A stretch of 64,000 bases of DNA. It comes from an uncultured Actinomycetes bacterium. GTDB lineage: Bacteria > Actinomycetota > Acidimicrobiia > IMCC26256 > DASPTH01. Below are positions 20,728 to 29,034 of this stretch, in pieces (within the stretch, counting starts at the first letter, position 1; each line of letters starts with the position of its first letter). The notes under the pieces are model-generated. The model was given only the letters and a program-made list of their open reading frames with translations, ran no database searches and was not told where the DNA came from. A program made the position numbers and the translations under genes. The stretch spans positions 995,334 through 1,059,333 of the forward strand of contig CAWJCN010000001.1 in the NCBI GenBank assembly GCA_963841415.1, in the 5' to 3' direction.

Positions 20728-20964
20728 ATGGGCGAACCGCGACCGGTCAAACCCGAGGACGTCGGCGTCCGCGAGGAGGTCCCGGACCTGCCCCAGATCG
20801 AGGGGGCCCGCCTGCTCGGCAACGACGCCCGCGAGCGTCTGCACGCCGACGGGTTCGACGACGCGGAGATCGACGCCTGGGCGGAGACGTTCATCGCCGA
20901 GGTCGGATCGGGCACCGTCGACCAATTCGTCGACTGGATCGTCCGTCAGGAGCACCGGGCCTGA
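20728..20964 (+). CDS. Hypothetical acidic 78-aa protein
   Basis: ATG 20728 is preceded by GAAGGGAG and lies 20 nt after the NuoF-like stop. Codon bias is good. No family recognised. Confidence 0.5.
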   Translation: MGEPRPVKPEDVGVREEVPDLPQIEGARLLGNDARERLHADGFDDAEIDAWAETFIAEVGSGTVDQFVDWIVRQEHRA

Positions 20965-21279
20965 CCTCGAGGGCACGGGCCCCGGGGGCCCGCACCGGGG
21001 CCCGACCCCGCCGTGGCTCTGGGAACGGCGGGACCGGGCCCGGGCGGATCAGGACACCGGTGGTGCATGCGTCGGGGATCCCCGGTGTCCTCCCGGAGCC
21101 TGGCGGTCGCTCCGGGATGGGACGCCGCACCACGGCTCCCGGCGGGAGGGCAGCAGCCCGCCGTCGACGGAGGGGATCGTCGGGCGGACCGGCTGGGAGC
21201 CGGGGTGCGAGCGGGCGTCCACGACCCGCATCCTGACGGGTCGGCCTGAGAGCAGGATGAGAGCCCACCCCGACCGGGG

Positions 21280-22771
21280 TCACAGGTCGGCGCGCACGAC
21301 CTTCCCGAGCGCGTTGCGCGGGAGCGCGTCGACGACCCGGATCCGCCGCGGCGTCTTGTAGGGCGCGAGCTGCTCGGCGGCGAACGCGAGCAACGCGTCG
21401 ACGTCGACGTCGTCACCCGCGGGCACGACCACCGCGACCACCGTCTCGCCCCATTCTTCGGACGGCTCTCCCACCACCGCGACCTCGTTGACCGCGGGGT
21501 GTGCCAGCAGCACGTCCTCCACCTCGCGCGGGTACACGTTGAAGCCGCCCGAGATGATGAGCTCCTTCGCCCGACCGACGATGCGGAGGTAACCGTCGGA
21601 GTCGCGCGCGCCGACGTCGCCGCTGCGGAACCAGCCGTCGTCGGTGAACGCGTCACGCGTCGCGTCGGGCTGCTGCCAGTAGCCGGGGAACACGTTGGGT
21701 CCCCGGAGCAGGATCTCGCCCGACGGTTCGTCGAGCCGCACGTCGACGCCCGGCAACGGGAAACCGACCGTGCCCGCGCGTCGGTCGCCGTCGTAGGGGT
21801 TCGACACGTTCATGATCGTCTCGGTCATGCCGTAACGCTCGAGCACGCGTACCCCGGCCCGTACCTCGAGCTGGGTGTGCACCGACGCCGGCAGCGGTGC
21901 CGACCCCGACACGCACAGCCGGAGACGCGCCAGCTCCGTGACCCGAGGCGACGCGGCGAAGCGCGCGTACATCGTGGGCACTCCGAAGAACAGCGTCGCG
22001 TCGTGGTCGCGGGCGGCGTCGAGCACCGCATCGGCGTCGAAGCGCGGGAGCAGCACCGTCGACCCGCCGCAGAGGAGCGAGCCGTGCAGCCCGACGCCCA
22101 ACCCGTGGACATGGAACAACGGGAGCGCGAGCACCAGGCGGTCGGAGGAGGTCCATCGCCACGCGAGCCGCAACGCCTCGCAGCTGGCCAGCGTGTTGCC
22201 GTGGGAGAGCATGGCTCCCTTCGGGGCGCCGGTCGTGCCCGACGTGTAGCAGAGCATCGCGACGTCGCTGCTCGCGATCCGGTCGAGCGTCGTGGTGTGC
22301 GGTGCATCGGGCAGGTCGACCTCGGGGGTCGTGACGACGCATCCGGCGCCCACGGCGTCGGCGAACATCTCGAGCGCGCTCGTCGCCGTCCACGACGCAG
22401 GCGGCCGGCGCGCAGTCGGCGACGATGTGACGGACCTCCCGCGCCCGGTACGCACCGTTGACGGGTACCACGACGAGACCGAGGCGCAAGGCGGCGACGT
22501 GCGCGATCACGAGGTCGACCGACGTGGCCGCGCTCATCACGATGCGGTCGCGCGGTCGAAGACCTGCACGCGCGAAACGGCCCGCCACCTGCCGCGAGCG
22601 CGCGTCGAGCTCGCCGTTGCTCACCCATCCCTGTTCGTCGCGGACGGCCGGCGCGTCGGGCGCCGCCGCCCAGTTCGCGGCCCACGCCGCGGGAAGGGTG
22701 GCCCGCGCGAGCAGGTCGACCGACTCCGGGGCGACACCCGGAGGGAGATGGCGCGCCCACTCCGGCTCCAC
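21280..22771 (-). pseudogene. Acyl-CoA synthetase / AMP-dependent ligase with an apparent +1 frameshift near 22375-22381
   Basis: The N-terminal 130 aa (GTG 22771; ...VMSAATSVDLVIAHVAALRLGLVVVPVNGAY...CVVDGDER) are in the frame of ORF 21653..23101. The remainder (LEMFADAVG...MLCYTSGTTGAPKGAMLSH...) is in ORF 21280..22455. The span is 1492 nt (3n+1). Confidence 0.75.
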
Positions 22772-22819
22772 GCCGCGGAGGCTACCGGGGGCGACGCATC
22801 GGACCCGTAGGCTGGGTCG

Positions 22820-23476
22820 ATGGCCGGTGCACAGGAGCAGGCGAGCGCGGGCCGCGTGCCGTTCTGGCTCCACCAGCTCGTCGAAGTGCTGCTCGGCATG
22901 CTCCTCCTGGTGGAAGGGGCGCGCACCGGCCAGCACACCGCGGTGCTGGTCACCCTGGGGGCGCTGCTGCTGCTGCTCGCGCTCTGCAGCGACGGCGCGC
23001 TCGGCGCGTGGCCCTGGATCGGGCGGCGACTCCACCGCGTGCTCGATGTCGTGGCGGCCGCGGTGCTCGCGGTGAGCCCGGTCGTCCTCGGGCTCGACCA
23101 CGCCCTCGCGATCGTGGTGCTCGAGGCGGCCGCACTGGCGATGGCGTGGATGGCCTTGCGCACCGACTGGCGGGTGCGTGGGCGCGCCCGCGCCCGGACC
23201 CGGAAGGCGGCGCGCGCCGCCCCTGCCGCCCCGCCGCCTCCCAGCCCTGCGCCGGCGGCGGAACCCAGACCCGCCGCCCCGGCGCCGCGCCCGGCGGAGG
23301 GCCGACCGCTGGCCCGCAAGCTCGGCGCCGCCGCCGGTCGGGTCCGCGACGACGGGCCCCGCACGCTCGGCCGCTGGGTCGGGAGGGCCCGTGACGCCAG
23401 CCGCGCGGCGCTCACGCCCCCCGAGGAGCCTCCGACGGGCCCGCCCGAGCCGGGCGGCACCTCTTCACCCGGATGA
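22820..23476 (+). CDS. Membrane protein with Pro/Ala-rich C-terminal tail
   Basis: 218 aa. The N-terminal half has 3-4 hydrophobic helices. The tail is low-complexity (AAPAAPPPPSPAPAAEPRPAAPAPRPAEG). Confidence 0.5.
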   Translation: MAGAQEQASAGRVPFWLHQLVEVLLGMLLLVEGARTGQHTAVLVTLGALLLLLALCSDGALGAWPWIGRRLHRVLDVVAAAVLAVSPVVLGLDHALAIVVLEAAALAMAWMALRTDWRVRGRARARTRKAARAAPAAPPPPSPAPAAEPRPAAPAPRPAEGRPLARKLGAAAGRVRDDGPRTLGRWVGRARDASRAALTPPEEPPTGPPEPGGTSSPG

Positions 23477-23556
23477 CCGCTGAGCCTCCTGGGGCGCCTG
23501 AGGGCCGCTGGGGCTCGTGTGGACAGCGGGGTGGGTCGCCTCTCTAAGCTCTCGGC

Positions 23557-24759
23557 ATGAGGCGGGTCCCGGGCAGACGCGCGCGTCGGGTCGGTGTGGC
23601 CGTGCTGGTGGCCCTGATGGCGGGAGCGGCGACGGGCACCGGCGGGTGGGTGACGCCCGCGCACGCGCAGGAGAGCCTCATCGAGTCCGACCCTGCCGTG
23701 GTGAAGGCGCGGGCCGAGCTCGAGGCCGCGCAGCTCGCCGCCCACCAGGCGGAAGCGGAGCTCGAGGCGACGGCCCAGCAGCGCGCGGACGTCGAGGCGA
23801 AGATCGCTGACGACCAGCAGCACATCGTCGAGCTCGACCAGCAACGCGCCCAGCTCGCGCAGATCCGCGACGTGATCCTCGACCACCTGCGTCAGCGCGC
23901 CGTCGCGCTGTACTCGACGGGCGGCGACGGCACCAGCGCCACCGACATCTTCTCCGACAGCAGCGTGCTCGACGGCGCTCGTCGCAAGCAGCTCGGTGAC
24001 GCCGCCGCGCGCAGCGACCACGACAACGCGCATCGCCTGGAGGAGACCCGCGCCGCGCTGGCCGACACGCAAACCACACTGCGCAAGGACCAAGACGATC
24101 TTCAACAGCAGCAGACCGCGCTCGACGCGCTCGTGAACCAGTTGCAGGCCCAGCAAACCGTCGTCGACCAACGCGTCGCGGCCGCGGACGACGCGCTCGC
24201 GCGCGCCCGCGCGATCGGCGCGCTGCACGCCGCCGGTGACCCGGTCATGGGTCCGGCCCAGCTCACCGCCGACCAGATGGTCGCCTGGTTCGACGCACAG
24301 GGGTACGACCCGCGCCTGAGCGACACGAGTGTGCCCGAGCTTGCGCAGATGTACCTCGAGGAGGGCGGTGCCGAGAACGTGCGGGGCGACTTCGCGTTCG
24401 CGCAGGCGATCGTCGAGACCGGCGGGTTCTCGTCCGCCCCCGACAACAACTACTCGGGTATCGGCTGGTGTGACAACTGCTCGCGCGGCATCGTGTTCCC
24501 GACTCCGCGCGACGGTGTGCGCGCCCAGATCCAGTTGCTGCTCAACTACGCCGACGCCGACTCGCGCGCCGCCAGCCTCCACGAGCCGTTGTCGCCGTAC
24601 CTCTGGCGCTCGGCGGACGCGTTCGACAGCTACTTCGCCAAGGGGTGGGCACCCACGTGGAGCGACATGGGCCACGGCAACTGGGCCACCGACCCGAAGT
24701 ACGCGGGCAAGGTGATCGGGATCTACAACGCGATGGTGGCGTTCGGCTCGGGCGCCTGA
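23557..24759 (+). CDS. Secreted peptidoglycan hydrolase: coiled-coil N-terminal region plus glucosaminidase/lysozyme-like C-terminal domain
   Basis: Signal peptide RRVGVAVLVALMAGAATG...AHAQE, then a long Q/A/E-rich coiled-coil. The C-terminal FAFAQAIVETGGFSS...YSGIGW matches a muramidase/glucosaminidase-type domain. Confidence 0.7.
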   Translation: MRRVPGRRARRVGVAVLVALMAGAATGTGGWVTPAHAQESLIESDPAVVKARAELEAAQLAAHQAEAELEATAQQRADVEAKIADDQQHIVELDQQRAQLAQIRDVILDHLRQRAVALYSTGGDGTSATDIFSDSSVLDGARRKQLGDAAARSDHDNAHRLEETRAALADTQTTLRKDQDDLQQQQTALDALVNQLQAQQTVVDQRVAAADDALARARAIGALHAAGDPVMGPAQLTADQMVAWFDAQGYDPRLSDTSVPELAQMYLEEGGAENVRGDFAFAQAIVETGGFSSAPDNNYSGIGWCDNCSRGIVFPTPRDGVRAQIQLLLNYADADSRAASLHEPLSPYLWRSADAFDSYFAKGWAPTWSDMGHGNWATDPKYAGKVIGIYNAMVAFGSGA

Positions 24760-24775
24760 GCGACACGACCATCGA

Positions 24776-26116
24776 TCACTCGAGCGGTTCCACGATGAGG
24801 TGCGCGGCGGTGTCGAGGTCGCTGCCGCGGCCCTCGGCGCGCGGCTCGACGTGCGCGTCGAATCCCACCTTGGTCTCGTCGAGCACCCGGAACCACGGGT
24901 AGCGCAGCATCGTGACCACGATCACGATGGCGAGCAACACGGCAGATGCCACGATCGTCGCTCGCAGCCCGATCCACGACGCGACGATCCCGCCCGCCAG
25001 CGCGCCGATCGGCGTCCCGGCGAAGAAGCTCATCACGTACACCGACAGCACCCGGCCGCGAAAGTGCTCGTCGACATTGACCTGCACGGCGGTCTGGCAC
25101 GACACCATCGCGAAGCTCTGCGCCAGGCCGATGCCGTACAGGCCGAGCAGCGCGAACGTGTACACGGGTGCGAGTCCGAACGTGAGCTCGGCGACGACGA
25201 AGATCGCGAACCCGATGACCGTGAACGTCGAGCGCCGCACGACGTCGCCGCGCGCGACGGTGACGACCGCTCCCGTGATCGCGCCCACGCCGTACGCCGC
25301 CACGAGGAGTCCGTACTTCCCGGCCCCCTCGTGCAGCACCTGCCGGGCGAACGGTTCGGCGAGCTGGATCATCGAGACACCCAGCAACGAGGAGAACAAC
25401 GCGCCCAGCACCGACACGATGAGCACCGCGCGCCGCCGGATGTACCGGATTGCGTCGCGGAACTGGGTGAGCACGCGCACGTCGCTCGCGACCGTCCGCA
25501 CCGGCCGCGCTGCGATCATGAGCAGTGCACCGATGACGAGCAGGAACGACAGCGCGTTGGCCATGAACGCGGTGCCGGGGCCGAACTCCGCCAGCACGAG
25601 CCCCGCGAGCGCGGGCCCGAACGCTCGCGCCCCGGTGAACTGCATCGCGTTCAGCCGCACTGCGCTCACCATCGCCTCCGGAGGCACGAGCTGCGGCACG
25701 AACGCCTGCCACGCGGCGATGGTGATGCCGGCGCCGAAGGCGCCCACCACCACGCAGGCGACGATGAGCTCGGGCGTGGCCACGCCGCTCACCCAGATCC
25801 CCCAGAGCGCCAGCGCCGAGACCATCAGCACGACCTGCGACACGAGCAGGATCGCGCGGCGGTCGTGGCGGTCGGCCAGTGCACCTGCCAGCGGTCCCAC
25901 GATGGTCGCGGGGAAGAAGGTGGCGAATGCGCCCACACCCACCCAGACGGTCGAGTGCGTGAGCTGGTCGAGCACGTACGGCACCGTGATCGTCTGCATC
26001 CAGGTGCCGGTGTTGGAACACAACGCGGCGGAGAAGAACAGGGCGAAGTCGCGGTGGCGCAACGCCGCCAGCGCGCCGCCTCGGCTCCCGGAGGCGCTGG
26101 CCGCGGCGGTCGTCAC
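24776..26116 (-). CDS. MFS transporter (EntS/DUF894-like)
   Basis: 446 aa with about 12 hydrophobic segments and the N-terminal FRHRDFALFFSAALCSNTGTWMQ pattern of this MFS subfamily. Confidence 0.8.
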   Translation of the reverse strand: MTTAAASASGSRGGALAALRHRDFALFFSAALCSNTGTWMQTITVPYVLDQLTHSTVWVGVGAFATFFPATIVGPLAGALADRHDRRAILLVSQVVLMVSALALWGIWVSGVATPELIVACVVVGAFGAGITIAAWQAFVPQLVPPEAMVSAVRLNAMQFTGARAFGPALAGLVLAEFGPGTAFMANALSFLLVIGALLMIAARPVRTVASDVRVLTQFRDAIRYIRRRAVLIVSVLGALFSSLLGVSMIQLAEPFARQVLHEGAGKYGLLVAAYGVGAITGAVVTVARGDVVRRSTFTVIGFAIFVVAELTFGLAPVYTFALLGLYGIGLAQSFAMVSCQTAVQVNVDEHFRGRVLSVYVMSFFAGTPIGALAGGIVASWIGLRATIVASAVLLAIVIVVTMLRYPWFRVLDETKVGFDAHVEPRAEGRGSDLDTAAHLIVEPLE

Positions 26117-26176
26117 CCGCCGAATCTACCGAGGACCTGGGGGCGAACAGCTGTTCGATTCCGGTACGCTCGAGTG

Positions 26177-26800
26177 ATGGGTTCGGTGGTGGTGCCGGGC
26201 CAGCGTTCGCTGTTCGGGTCCGGGCCGGCGTTGGTCGACCCACGCGCCTCGTGGCAGCGGCTGGCCCTCGACGACGAGAGCTGGATCGACGTGTGCCGCG
26301 GCGTCCTCCTCGGGGCCGACACCGTGCTCGACGTCGTGGTCGAGTCGGTGCCGTGGCGCTGCGGGCGGAGGTTCATGTACGACCGCCTGGTCGACGACCC
26401 GCGCCTCTCGTACCGTGCGCCGCGACCGGAGCAGGTCCCCCACCCTGTGCTCGCCGACGTCCGCGCCGCGCTCGCAGCGCGCTACCGCGTGGCGTTCGGC
26501 TCGGTGGCCCTCAACTACTACCGCGACGGCAACGACAGCGTCGCCCCCCACGGCGACCGCGAGCTGCGCGACACGGGTGACGCGCTGGTCGCGGTGCTCA
26601 CGCTCGGCGCCACCCGCCCCTTCCGGCTCCGTGCCCACGAGCGGCGCGGTGTGCCGTCGGTCGACCTCGCGCCCGGGTCGGGCGACCTCCTGGTGATGGG
26701 CGGCGCCTGCCAGCGCGACTGGGAGCACGCGGTGCCCAAGGTGCGCGCCGCCGGTCCCCGGGTGTCGGCGACGTGGCGTTGGGTGCGCGGCTCAGGGTGA
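26177..26800 (+). CDS. alkB: AlkB-like 2OG-Fe(II) dioxygenase (alkylated nucleic-acid repair family)
   Basis: ATG 26177. Patterns LNYYRDGNDSVAPHGDRE (HxD), LVMGGACQRDWEHAVPK and RVSATWR. Confidence 0.7.
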   Translation: MGSVVVPGQRSLFGSGPALVDPRASWQRLALDDESWIDVCRGVLLGADTVLDVVVESVPWRCGRRFMYDRLVDDPRLSYRAPRPEQVPHPVLADVRAALAARYRVAFGSVALNYYRDGNDSVAPHGDRELRDTGDALVAVLTLGATRPFRLRAHERRGVPSVDLAPGSGDLLVMGGACQRDWEHAVPKVRAAGPRVSATWRWVRGSG

Positions 26801-27114
26801 CGGGATCAAGGTGGGCGTCGTCGTTGCCGAAGCCCGCGTACGCGTCGTCGCCGAGGCACACGACCAGCAGCACGACGAGCACGACGAGGCCGAGCCGTCG
26901 GCCCCGGCCGCTCGGCCACCGTAAGTCGCGGGCATCTCGGGCGCGAGCACGCGGCAGGGTGGGACGCGGACCCGCCGCAGAGCTCCGAGTCGAGGTCGGC
27001 GAGGTGTTCGTCGTCGGGCGGACGCGGGTTCGGCTCGCCCCGGGACGGTCGCGGCCACCGAGCAGCGCGTCTTCGAGCTCCGACGCTCGGGATCGTCCGG
27101 CGGCATGGGCGTAC

Positions 27115-28047
27115 TCAGGGGTTCGCCGCCACCCGGAGCCCGGCGAAGAGGTCGGTTTCGTAGTCGCCGTCGGGCACGCCGGGGTCGACGAGCGAGCGGG
27201 CGAGGACGTACTCCTCCCACGGGTGGAGCTCCTGCTCGACTTCGAGCGGTACCCGGAAGAAGAAGCTGTCGGGCGCGATCTGGGTGCGGTGCGCGAGCAG
27301 CGCGGCGCGTGCGGTCTCGATCTGGTCGCGCACGTCGATGCGAGTGGTCGTGACGAGCTCGAGCGTGTCGTCGTGCGCGTCGTCGTCGACGGCTTCGGCG
27401 TCGCGCTGGTCCATGTGCTCGACCCACTTCGCGAGCGGACTCTCGTCGCCCTGTGCCACGAACCACTCGTGCAGCGCACGGATGCGCTCCCGGGTGAAGC
27501 CGTTGCTGTAGTAGAGCTTGAGCGGCTGCCACGGTTCGCCCCGGTCGGGGTACCACTCGGGGTCACCGGCCCGCTCGAACGCGAGCACGCTCACCTCGTG
27601 CACCCGGACGTGGTCGGGGTGCGCGTACACACGGTCGCGGGCGTAACCGACGATCACCTGCGGGCGTTCACGGCGCACGATCTCCACGAGCCGTCCGGTG
27701 GCGTCGTCGAGGTCGGCGTTGGCGAAGTTGTCGGGATGGGCGTTGGCCTCGGTGTCGGGCATGCCCGAGTCGCGGTAGCCGAGGAGGTAGAGCCCGTCGT
27801 AGCCGATGATGCGCACCGCGTCCTCGAGCTCGCGGCGGCGCACGGCGGTGAGGTCACGCCGGACCTCGTCGGTGTCGGCGGCCGGGTTGAGGATGTCGCC
27901 CGCTTCCCCGCCGGTGCACGTCACCAGCACCGTGCGCACGCCTTCCGCCCGGTAGCGCGCCATCGTCGCCGCACCCTTCGACGCTTCGTCGTCGGGGTGG
28001 GCGTGCACGGACAACACGCAGAGCTCGCTGTGGGCGGGGGCGACCAC
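27115..28047 (-). CDS. mca: Mycothiol S-conjugate amidase
   Basis: 310 aa with VHAHPDDEASKGAATMARY, TCTGGEAG, YRDSGMPD and AHPDHVRVHE. The length and motifs fit Mca rather than MshB. Confidence 0.8.
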   Translation of the reverse strand: MVAPAHSELCVLSVHAHPDDEASKGAATMARYRAEGVRTVLVTCTGGEAGDILNPAADTDEVRRDLTAVRRRELEDAVRIIGYDGLYLLGYRDSGMPDTEANAHPDNFANADLDDATGRLVEIVRRERPQVIVGYARDRVYAHPDHVRVHEVSVLAFERAGDPEWYPDRGEPWQPLKLYYSNGFTRERIRALHEWFVAQGDESPLAKWVEHMDQRDAEAVDDDAHDDTLELVTTTRIDVRDQIETARAALLAHRTQIAPDSFFFRVPLEVEQELHPWEEYVLARSLVDPGVPDGDYETDLFAGLRVAANP

Positions 28048-28165
28048 GGACCCACGTTATCGGCCGTCGTGCGTGGTCCGTTCCGCTTGACAGATCAAGC
28101 GCACGCTGTGTATACTTCCGGGACCGCGAGCCACTCCCCGCGGATCCCCCAACCCAGGAGTCCCC

Positions 28166-28450
28166 ATGCCCAGCAAGACCGCCGATCCCACCTCCGTGTT
28201 CACCGACGCCGTCATCGCCGGCGTGAAGCAGGGTCAGGAAGTCGCCTTCAGCGGCATCACCCTCTGGCTCGACTTCGCCGGCAAGGCGTTCACCCTGCCG
28301 GAGCTCGAGGCGCTGCCGTTCGTCGACCAGCTCCCGAACCCGAAGTCCGTCGTGGAGTCGAGCTTCGGCTTCGCCGAGGAGCTCCTCGGCACCCAGAAGG
28401 ACTTCGCGTTGAAGGTCGTCGAAGCGGTGACCCCCGCGAAGCCCGCCTGA
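28166..28450 (+). CDS. Small conserved hypothetical protein (possible phasin-like)
   Basis: ATG 28166 is preceded by AGGAG. The 94-aa product has the helical C-terminus ESSFGFAEELLGTQKDFALKVVEA. It lies next to an XRE regulator and PHA synthase. Confidence 0.55.
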   Translation: MPSKTADPTSVFTDAVIAGVKQGQEVAFSGITLWLDFAGKAFTLPELEALPFVDQLPNPKSVVESSFGFAEELLGTQKDFALKVVEAVTPAKPA

Positions 28451-28480
28451 GCCTCGGCCCCTCCACACCAGCTCGCGCGC

Positions 28481-28516
28481 GCGACCCGGTCCGGAACCCC
28501 CTCCGGACCGGGTCGC
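28481..28516 (+). terminator. Strong GC hairpin downstream of the 94-aa gene
   Basis: GCGACCCGGTCCGG (28481-28494) and CCGGACCGGGTCGC (28503-28516) form a perfect 14-bp stem with an 8-nt loop, 31 nt after the stop. There is no clear U-tract. Confidence 0.55.
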
Positions 28517-28653
28517 CGCGTTCGTCCCGCTTCCGCTTCCTCCTACGCTGCTCCCCCGATGAGCCACCCGGTGCACACGAGCGAGTGCCCGCCGGCCGGG
28601 TATCCCGGCCCGCAGCGAGCGAGTCATCGAGCAGGCACCGAGAGCGGGAGAGC

Positions 28654-29022
28654 ATGACCGAAGAACGCGACGACCAGCTCCACGCGCTGGGCGCCTTCAT
28701 CCGGGCCCAGCGGCAGCTGGCCAACCTCTCGCTGCGCCAGATGGCGGAGCTTGCTCAAGTGTCGAATCCGTACCTCAGCCAGCTGGAGCGGGGCTTGCAC
28801 GAGCCATCGGTCCGCGTGCTGCAGTCGGTCGCCAAGGCCCTCAACGTGTCGGCCGAGACGCTCCTGGCCCACGCCGGAATCGACGAGCCCGACGAGGCGA
28901 ACGACCGGCCCGACACCGTGGCCGCCATCCGCGCCGACGACCGCCTCTCCGACGAGCAGAAGCAGGCGCTGCTCTCGGTCTACCGCAGCTACGTCCAGGC
29001 GAACGCGCCCGCCGGCGCGTAG
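28654..29022 (+). CDS. XRE family helix-turn-helix transcriptional regulator
   Basis: ATG 28654. HTH region LRQMAELAQVSNPYLSQLERGLHEPSVRVLQSVAKALNVSAETLL. Confidence 0.8.
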   Translation: MTEERDDQLHALGAFIRAQRQLANLSLRQMAELAQVSNPYLSQLERGLHEPSVRVLQSVAKALNVSAETLLAHAGIDEPDEANDRPDTVAAIRADDRLSDEQKQALLSVYRSYVQANAPAGA

Positions 29023-29034
29023 TCGAACCGGGAT

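Noticed and set aside
20965-21279. Known ncRNA: RNase P RNA, tmRNA, SRP RNA, 6S RNA, or a cobalamin/SAM riboswitch.
   Set aside because: I did not find the conserved core motifs I know for these families, such as GAGGAAAGTCC, a tag-ORF plus tRNA-like end, GGAAGCAGCC-type SRP motifs or a B12 box. The position between two gene 3' ends also argues against a riboswitch. It is kept only as an unclassified structured element.
23180-23300. A Pro/Ala-rich stretch as a DNA tandem repeat.
   Set aside because: It is compositionally biased (GCC/CCG-rich), but I could not define a repeating DNA unit. It reads as a low-complexity protein tail of the 22820-23476 membrane protein.
26801-27114. A small gene in the 314-bp alkB/mca convergent gap. 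A minus-strand frame gives a TM-like RRLGLVVLVVLLVVCLGDDAYAGFGNDD, and another frame gives a Cys-rich MPPDDPERR...SSCSSCCWSCAS ORF starting 10 nt after the mca stop.
   Set aside because: The TM-like frame has no start codon upstream of the hydrophobic stretch and runs antisense 200 bp into alkB. The ATG-started frame has mixed third-position GC and an Arg/Ser/Thr-rich composition typical of off-frame GC sequence. No family resemblance. Left unannotated.
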